64,000 bases of DNA from Gammaproteobacteria bacterium (GTDB lineage: Bacteria; Pseudomonadota; Gammaproteobacteria; Steroidobacterales; JBCCMA01): assembly GCA_045107005.1 (NCBI GenBank), contig JBGCFP010000018.1, positions 48-64,047 of the forward strand, given 5' to 3'. Below are positions 58,194-64,000 of this stretch, piece by piece (within the stretch, counting starts at the first letter, position 1; each line of letters starts with the position of its first letter). Below the pieces are notes generated by a model that worked only from the letters and a program-made list of their open reading frames with translations, ran no database searches and was not told where the DNA came from. The translations under genes were made by a program, and so were the position numbers.

Positions 58194-59609
58194 ATGCGAT
58201 CCAAATGCCTTGCCCTGCTCCTCACCGTATTGATGCTCGCTGGCTGTGGCGGCAGTTCGTCACTGCGGCCCGACCTGGTGCGCCTGTACGCGAACCAAAC
58301 CGGCACAGCGCTGCCGCCGCCGCTGATTGTCATTCACGGCGTTCTGGGCGGACGGCTTTACGATCCCGCAACGGAGCAGGAGGTCTGGCCGGGTAAGCTG
58401 CGTCGCGTCGTGTTCGACGACTACGCGTATCTAAAACTCGACATCAACGCCGAGACGCTCGACCCCGAGCCCAGCACGTTTGAAGTCTCAGGCATTACCG
58501 ACCGTGCGGCCGGGCGTGATTTTTACGCGCAGATTCTGACGACGCTCGAAAACGTCGGCGGCTACGTACGCACCAAGCCCGGCACCGCCGTCACCGGCAA
58601 ACCAACCAAGCGCTTCTATATTTACGCCTACGACTGGCGCCAGGACAACGTGGATTCAGCGCGCGGGCTCGACGCGCTGGTCGAGCAAATTCGCCGCGAC
58701 TACAACGATCCGGGGCTGCGCGTCGACGTCGTGGCGCACAGCATGGGCGGCTTGATCACGCGCTACTTCATTCGCTACGGCACCACCGACGTGCTCAACG
58801 GCAACGATTTCCCCGTAGTGTATGAAGGCGACAAAAAAATACGTCGCGCCATTTTGCTGGGCACGCCCAACCTCGGTTCCATCGCCGGCCTGGACACGCT
58901 GCTCAACGGACATCGCATCGGGTTAGGTCGCCTGGCGCCCGAGATCATCGCAACGTTTCCGAGCGCCTACCAGGTGCTGCCGCACGCGTTGCGCGACTGG
59001 TTGGTGGGCAGCGACGGCAAACCGGTGGAGTGGTACCAAGATCCGGACGGCAAGGTGCAACAGGTCGATCAGTTTGATATTGACTGGTGGCGCGATCATC
59101 AGCTGTCCATTTTTGATCCGGCCGTGCGCGAACGCATCATCAAGCAGGCGCCTGACCGTGAGCAAGGCGAAGCCCATTTCGAACGGATGACGCGCTATTT
59201 TGAAACCCACCTGGAGCGCGGCCGGCGTTTCAGCTGGTCATTGACCGTGCCCGCGCCGCACATCGAGCAGCGCTACGCGGTGTTTGGCGGCAGCTGTCAT
59301 TTGACGCACGCGCGCGGGCTAATGGAGGAAATCGACGAGCGTTTTCGCATCCGCTTTGATCCGCGCGACGTGGTAAGCCGCCAGCTGGGCGTCGACTACA
59401 CGCGTCTTCTGCTCGAGCCCGGCGACGGCACCGTAACCAAGGCGTCACTGCTGGCAAGACAGATTCTTGACCCCACGGTTCGACGCCACCGCTACAGCTT
59501 TTTCCCACTCGACTACAGTATTTTTCTGTGCGAAGACCACACGCGGCTGACCGAGAACCCGAGTTTCCAGGATAACCTTCTCAACGCGTTGCTGAGCGCT
59601 GACACGTAA
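58194..59609 (+). CDS. alpha/beta-hydrolase lipoprotein (LCAT/PGAP1-like esterase-lipase)
   Basis: ATG 58194 (MRSKCLALLLTVLMLAGCGG, lipobox). Nucleophile elbow VVAHSMGGLITRYF. Confidence 0.6.
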   Translation: MRSKCLALLLTVLMLAGCGGSSSLRPDLVRLYANQTGTALPPPLIVIHGVLGGRLYDPATEQEVWPGKLRRVVFDDYAYLKLDINAETLDPEPSTFEVSGITDRAAGRDFYAQILTTLENVGGYVRTKPGTAVTGKPTKRFYIYAYDWRQDNVDSARGLDALVEQIRRDYNDPGLRVDVVAHSMGGLITRYFIRYGTTDVLNGNDFPVVYEGDKKIRRAILLGTPNLGSIAGLDTLLNGHRIGLGRLAPEIIATFPSAYQVLPHALRDWLVGSDGKPVEWYQDPDGKVQQVDQFDIDWWRDHQLSIFDPAVRERIIKQAPDREQGEAHFERMTRYFETHLERGRRFSWSLTVPAPHIEQRYAVFGGSCHLTHARGLMEEIDERFRIRFDPRDVVSRQLGVDYTRLLLEPGDGTVTKASLLARQILDPTVRRHRYSFFPLDYSIFLCEDHTRLTENPSFQDNLLNALLSADT

Positions 59610-59789
59610 TATCACGATCACACCGCTGCCAGCGTTCTCGTTTTTCATCAGGAAGCATGTCGTGTCAGTTTGCGAAATCAAGAAAACCCTCAGCACAGCG
59701 CTCAGGGAGCACGGCAAGCCAGTCTGACACAACGTCTTTTTAACGATTGTTACAAACCGACCCGGTTCCTTGCGAGCGACCCGTGCGCT

Positions 59790-61244
59790 ATGCATGCTTT
59801 GCGCATGACGGGCACTCAGCAAATGATTCGAGCAACGCTCTGTACCGCACTGACGGCGGTACTGCTGTGCCCCGCGCACGCGTGGAAGCTCGAAGCGGCG
59901 AACTTTACGACACCAAGCACCTTTGGCGGCGGAACGTTCGTCACGGTGAATTTCCGGCAAACGTATCCAACGCCTCCTGTGGTTGTCGCCCTTGGCAGCA
60001 ACCAGGGCGGTAACCCGGCCGACCTGCGCATCCGCAACGTGACGACCACCGGTTTCGACGTCGCACCAGTGGAACCGGCCAGTAATGACGGCCCGCATAT
60101 CGCGATGAACAACTATTACATCGCCATGGAGACCGGTCAGTTCGCGTTGCCCGACGGCACGCTGATCGAAGCGGGACGCGTGGATGTCAGCGCGTCGGTG
60201 TCAGGGGTCGGCGCGCCCGGCGCCTTACAAAGCGCATCGTTCGTCACAGCCTTTGCCAACCCGCCCGCCGTCCTGGCCGATCTGCAAACCATGAACAACG
60301 AGACCGGCTCGCCACCGGCGGCTCCGTCTATTGCGTTTCTGACGCCAGCCGTGGCCAACGTATCGAACACCGGCATGAGCCTGGGACTTGAGCGCAGCGA
60401 AATCCCCAACGGCAGCGTAACGGCCAGTGAAAGCATGGGCTACATTGCCATCGCTGCAGGAGCCGCCGGCACGTTGCTCGATAACACGGGCACGGGCGTG
60501 CGCTTCGAATCCATTCGTACCGGCAATGTTATCCGCGGTTGGAGCGATACTTGCGTCACGACCAACTACGCGACGCCGTTTGGTTCGGCGCCAGTGGTCG
60601 TTGCCACAAAAAACAGCCGCAACGAAACGGACGGCGGCTGGTTTCGGCGCTGCGCGTTTAACGCCAGCGGCATCGGTGTGGAAGTGGACGAAGATCAGGC
60701 CACGGACGGCGAACGCACGCACGTTGGCGAGCGCGCCGGCATCCTCGCCTTTGAACGCGACTTCGACGCCGATCTGCAGCCGGATCTGGTCGTGGTCAAA
60801 CAAAGCACCGTACTGTCGGATCCGTTCAACAGCGCGAGCAACCCCAAGCGCCTCCCCGGTGCGCTGATCGAGTACCGGATTCTGGTGACCAACCAGGGCG
60901 ACGGCGCAGCCGATCCTCGCAGTGTCGTACTCACCGACCCGCTGCCAGCGCAAACGCGCATCGTCGCCAGCGACATCGCCGCGCCCGGCACTGGTCCGGT
61001 TGCGCTTATCGATGGCGCCACGAGCAGCGGACTGGCTCTATCGTTTGGCGGGCTTGGCAGCACTACCGATGATTTGCAGTTTTCCAACGACGGCGCGAGC
61101 AGCTTTATCTACTCGCCCGACCCTGACCCACTGGGGGACGACGCCGTCACTCACCTGCGCGTCACGCCGAGCGGCATTTTTCGCGGGCGCATTGACGCGA
61201 ATGCACCGTCGTTTGAACTGCGCTTCCGAACGCGAGTCGACTAG
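59790..61244 (+). CDS. secreted protein with three tandem lectin-like repeats and C-terminal DUF11 domain
   Basis: Start is uncertain (ATG 59790, 59805 or 59823). Signal peptide ...LLCPAHA. Three repeats of about 100-120 aa share the pattern F/Y..PP/AP.V[VL]...N[VA][ST]..G[FMI]...[YI].A.E. The C-terminal segment is VVKQSTVLSDP...IEYRILVTNQGDGAA...VLTDPLPAQTRIV. Confidence 0.55.
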   Translation: MHALRMTGTQQMIRATLCTALTAVLLCPAHAWKLEAANFTTPSTFGGGTFVTVNFRQTYPTPPVVVALGSNQGGNPADLRIRNVTTTGFDVAPVEPASNDGPHIAMNNYYIAMETGQFALPDGTLIEAGRVDVSASVSGVGAPGALQSASFVTAFANPPAVLADLQTMNNETGSPPAAPSIAFLTPAVANVSNTGMSLGLERSEIPNGSVTASESMGYIAIAAGAAGTLLDNTGTGVRFESIRTGNVIRGWSDTCVTTNYATPFGSAPVVVATKNSRNETDGGWFRRCAFNASGIGVEVDEDQATDGERTHVGERAGILAFERDFDADLQPDLVVVKQSTVLSDPFNSASNPKRLPGALIEYRILVTNQGDGAADPRSVVLTDPLPAQTRIVASDIAAPGTGPVALIDGATSSGLALSFGGLGSTTDDLQFSNDGASSFIYSPDPDPLGDDAVTHLRVTPSGIFRGRIDANAPSFELRFRTRVD

Positions 61245-62179
61245 CGCTGTCGCCCGGTTGTCGAGACCAGGACGGAACCCCCTACGACCAGCGCGCCGCC
61301 CACGAGGCTCAGTGCATTCAGGGGCTCAGCACTGATGCTGTTTATGAACGGACCGAGCAACCACATCCACAGTAGTGTCAGCATCGGTGTGATCGCGAGC
61401 ACCGCGCTCACTCTGGACGCCTCCCAGTGATCTAACGCTTCGGCGAACGCGCCGTAGGCGAATATGGTGTTGAGGGAGGCGAACACCAGCAGCGCCGCAC
61501 CGAGTTTGTCGATACTCGTGACGCTTCCAAGATCCGCAGAGGGAAAAAAGATAAACACGCCGCCAACGTAAATAAGCAGCATGATGTTTTCGGAATCGAG
61601 CTGCTTCAGCAGCTGCTTTTGTGCCAGCGCATAAGCGGCCCACGCGATCGCCGCCGCGACGACGATCAGCACGCCCAGAGCATAACGCCCACGCTGTTGG
61701 AAAAGCTCTTCAAGCCGATGATTGAAGAACAGCGACAAACCGACAATCAGCACCGCAAAGCCCAGCCACTGCAGCGTCGAAAAACGCTCGCGAAAAACCA
61801 CCAGCCCACCGATGAGCAGCAACACTGGCGCTAGTTGAACCACCATTTGCGCGGCGCCCGGCGTGACCAGATTCAGCCCGATCATGTAAAGCACAAAGTT
61901 GCCCATCAGCCCTGCGACTGCCACGGCCAACAGCAGCCACCCGTTGCGACCCAATGAGCTGACATCGGGTAACGCCTTGCGGCGCATCTGGAATGCCCCG
62001 AGCAACACGGCAGCAGCGAGGAAGCGGTACCAGACAATGGTGTAGGCATCCATCTGGCCGAGCAGCAGCTTGAGCACGATGGGCAACACGCTCCACAGCA
62101 CGGCCGTGAGCAACGCCAGAGCCAGGCCCAGTCTCCAACTGCCAGTCGTCGTGTGCATGTCGCCCCAAGGAATCGGCAC
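61241..62179 (-). CDS. EamA/DMT-family transporter
   Basis: 312 aa with 10 TM helices and a two-EamA-repeat layout. Its stop overlaps the convergent gene's stop by 4 nt. Confidence 0.8.
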   Translation of the reverse strand: MPIPWGDMHTTTGSWRLGLALALLTAVLWSVLPIVLKLLLGQMDAYTIVWYRFLAAAVLLGAFQMRRKALPDVSSLGRNGWLLLAVAVAGLMGNFVLYMIGLNLVTPGAAQMVVQLAPVLLLIGGLVVFRERFSTLQWLGFAVLIVGLSLFFNHRLEELFQQRGRYALGVLIVVAAAIAWAAYALAQKQLLKQLDSENIMLLIYVGGVFIFFPSADLGSVTSIDKLGAALLVFASLNTIFAYGAFAEALDHWEASRVSAVLAITPMLTLLWMWLLGPFINSISAEPLNALSLVGGALVVGGSVLVSTTGRQR

Positions 62180-62294
62180 AAGAAGCTGTGCGTCTGTTAC
62201 CCGTCATTTTACGGCACCGCTGAGCAAAGGGGTTAGAAAATTACGCGTGACCAACCGAGACGTGGCTGCCGTCAATTTGGTGTATGTTTGGCGC

Positions 62295-63302
62295 ATGAGC
62301 CAGATTACGTCGTTATACGTGTACAAGGTCATCAGTCAGGCGAGCGCTGGCGTGGAGACACGCGATCTCGTTGAAGGCCTGGGCTTGTCACCGGACGGTC
62401 CGATCGACCCGGCTCGCATGGTGTCATCAGCGAACTACTACGATTTTTTCGCGGCGCTTGCCGAGCGCGATCCGAACGGGCTCGTCTTGCCATTGCGTAT
62501 TGGCGCGGCCATGCACAGCGACGAGTACGGTGCGTTTGGTCTGGCCTGGAAGTCGGCGCCAAACTTGCGCGGGTCCTACGTTCGATCGCAGCGCTACGGC
62601 CATGTCCTCGGTACGGCAGAAACCTACGCCCTTGAGCCAACCGACGGCGGTCACTTCTTTAGCCTGGACAAGGCCGGTGACGGACGGCTCGGCATGCTGC
62701 TGTCAAATGAAGCGAGCATGTCCGCGGTGGATCGGATTAGCCGGGAAGTCAGTACCGCGGATTTCATCCCGCTTGCCGTGTTTTTTAAACACGCGCCAAG
62801 AGGAGACACGTCAGTCTACGAAACGCATTTTGGCTGTCCTGTCCATTTCGAATCCGGGCGCGACGCGTTGCTTGTCAGTGAAGAAACCCTGCAAGCTCCA
62901 AACAAACTCGGCGACGAAACCATCGCCCGGTTTTTTGACCACCATCTCGAGAAAGAGCTGGCAGCACTGCCCGATGACGAGGGTTTGGAGCAGCAGGTCC
63001 GGTTGGTCATTGCCAAAGTGTTGAGCGAGGGCATTCCGAAGCTGTCGTTTATCGCGTCTGAACTTGGCATCGGTGCGCGAACGTTACAGCGGCGGCTGTC
63101 GGACAAAGGCCATTCGTTTCAGGGTGTGGTCGACATGGCCAGAAAAGACATGGCCAAGCGCTTGCTGCGCGAAACCGACTACAGCCTTGCAGAAGTCGCC
63201 TTCCTGACCGGCTTCGCCGAGCAAAGCGGTTTCACCAGAGCCTTCAAACGCTGGGCTGGCCAAACGCCTCGCTCCTACCGATTGGCGGCGAGCGACCTCT
63301 GA
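62295..63302 (+). CDS. AraC-family transcriptional regulator
   Basis: ATG 62295 (MSQITSLYVYKV...). C-terminal dual HTH is ARTLQRRLSDKGHSFQ...LAEVAFLTGFAEQSGFTRAFKRWAGQTPRSYR. Confidence 0.8.
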   Translation: MSQITSLYVYKVISQASAGVETRDLVEGLGLSPDGPIDPARMVSSANYYDFFAALAERDPNGLVLPLRIGAAMHSDEYGAFGLAWKSAPNLRGSYVRSQRYGHVLGTAETYALEPTDGGHFFSLDKAGDGRLGMLLSNEASMSAVDRISREVSTADFIPLAVFFKHAPRGDTSVYETHFGCPVHFESGRDALLVSEETLQAPNKLGDETIARFFDHHLEKELAALPDDEGLEQQVRLVIAKVLSEGIPKLSFIASELGIGARTLQRRLSDKGHSFQGVVDMARKDMAKRLLRETDYSLAEVAFLTGFAEQSGFTRAFKRWAGQTPRSYRLAASDL

Positions 63303-63406
63303 CGCCACCCTTGGCGTGATCAGTCAAAACTCTGGCACACAGCGGCAAGAGTCGCGGGCGGCCGTCGTCTACATTTGTTTCGTACCAACCAAAACGGAGC
63401 GAATCA

Positions 63407-64000
63407 ATGAACTTTCCACGCAAAAACAATGGCCTGACCCTTGTTCTCGGCGGCACCGGCAAAACCGGGCGTCGCGTTGCCGAACGACTGAAAGCTCAAA
63501 ATCACGCGGTCCGCGTCGGGTCCCGCTCGGGGCAGCCGGCCTTCGACTGGGATAAAGAGCAAACCTGGGATGCCGCTCTCAAAGACGTGACGGCGGCTTA
63601 CATCACCTATGCCCCGGATCTTGCGATACCGGGCGCAACGGATGCCATTCGGGCCTTCGTTGCCAAGGCAAAAGTGCACGGCGTAAAGCGAGTGGTTCTG
63701 CTGTCCGGCCGCGGCGAGAAAGAGGCGCAAGCCTGTGAGCAGATTGTTCAGGAGTCTGGCCTGGAATGGACGGTTGTCCGTGCGAGTTGGTTCAACCAGA
63801 ACTTTTCCGAAGGCGCGTTCATCGAGATGGTGCTCGGCGGAGCGATCACACTGCCGGCAGGCAACCAGGTCGAGCCGTTCGTCGATGTGGATGATATTGC
63901 CGACGTTGCCGTCGCCGCGCTTACGCAGGATCACCACAATGGCGAAATTTACGAGGTGACTGGCCCAAGGCTGATGACCATACACGACGTCGCCGCCGAT
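63407..64000 (+). CDS. NmrA-like NAD(P)-binding protein (3' end beyond window)
   Basis: Hand translation from ATG 63407 (after GGAG) is open to the window end: MNFPRKNNGLTLVLGGTGKTGRRVAERLKAQNHAVRVGSRS...WTVVRASWFNQNF.... Missing from the ORF track because it has no stop. The antisense ORF 63404..63985 is rejected. Confidence 0.7.
   Translation, partial: MNFPRKNNGLTLVLGGTGKTGRRVAERLKAQNHAVRVGSRSGQPAFDWDKEQTWDAALKDVTAAYITYAPDLAIPGATDAIRAFVAKAKVHGVKRVVLLSGRGEKEAQACEQIVQESGLEWTVVRASWFNQNFSEGAFIEMVLGGAITLPAGNQVEPFVDVDDIADVAVAALTQDHHNGEIYEVTGPRLMTIHDVAAD

Noticed and set aside
63404-63985. 193-aa minus-strand ORF at the window end.
   Set aside because: The plus strand carries an open frame from ATG 63407 with an RBS and a clear Rossmann motif (VLGGTGKTGRRV, NmrA-like). 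It is missing from the ORF track only because its stop lies beyond the window. The minus ORF is its antisense shadow.

Overview
High-GC (about 60% by eye) chromosomal window from a Gammaproteobacterium. The gene order suggests a marine Cellvibrionales- or Pseudomonadales-like organism, but the taxon cannot be fixed from this window. It holds about 70 tightly packed genes. I saw no rRNA, tRNA, CRISPR array, IS element or prophage.

Housekeeping blocks:
- atpE-atpB-atpI at 1-1.6 kb on the minus strand.
- ubiD, then dapF-DUF484-xerC-hslVU-DUF971-ubiE-ubiJ-ubiB, at 13-22.4 kb.
- A complete five-step histidine utilisation locus, hutU-hutC-hutI divergent from hutF-hutH-hutG, at 43-50.4 kb. A HutC-type operator lies in the shared control region.

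Between these blocks are accessory stretches rich in exported proteins and unusual regulators. The main points are:
1. A conserved module of about 94-99 aa occurs in three otherwise unrelated secreted proteins. It consists of thrombospondin type-3 repeats plus two dockerin-like calcium-binding segments. The carriers are a small CxxCH (PSCyt1-like) protein, an 877-aa protein with 13 Asp-boxes (double beta-propeller), and a 1269-aa S8 subtilase.
2. The subtilase is co-transcribed with a small cohesin-like protein that ends in a PEP-CTERM-class (VPxPA...RRR) sorting tail. I read this as a candidate exosortase-anchored cohesin-dockerin surface-display system. This is inference and needs HMM and structure checks.
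3. Two ECF sigma modules with no anti-sigma gene sit side by side. One is a PF07638-type ECF convergent with a transmembrane Ser/Thr kinase. The other is an ECF42-type sigma with a C-terminal extension, coupled to a DGPF/YciI gene.
4. A LysM/PG-binding/M15 peptidase lacks a signal peptide and is followed by a lipoprotein gene, in an effector-immunity-like layout.
5. A strong orphan terminator with an upstream hairpin lies downstream of hutG. It could mark an sRNA or a 3'UTR element.
6. Several metazoan extracellular-matrix-type domains occur here: spondin_N, TSP3, NIDO-like, VPS10/BNR-like and lectin-like repeats.

All family names come from motif recognition by eye. No searches were run.
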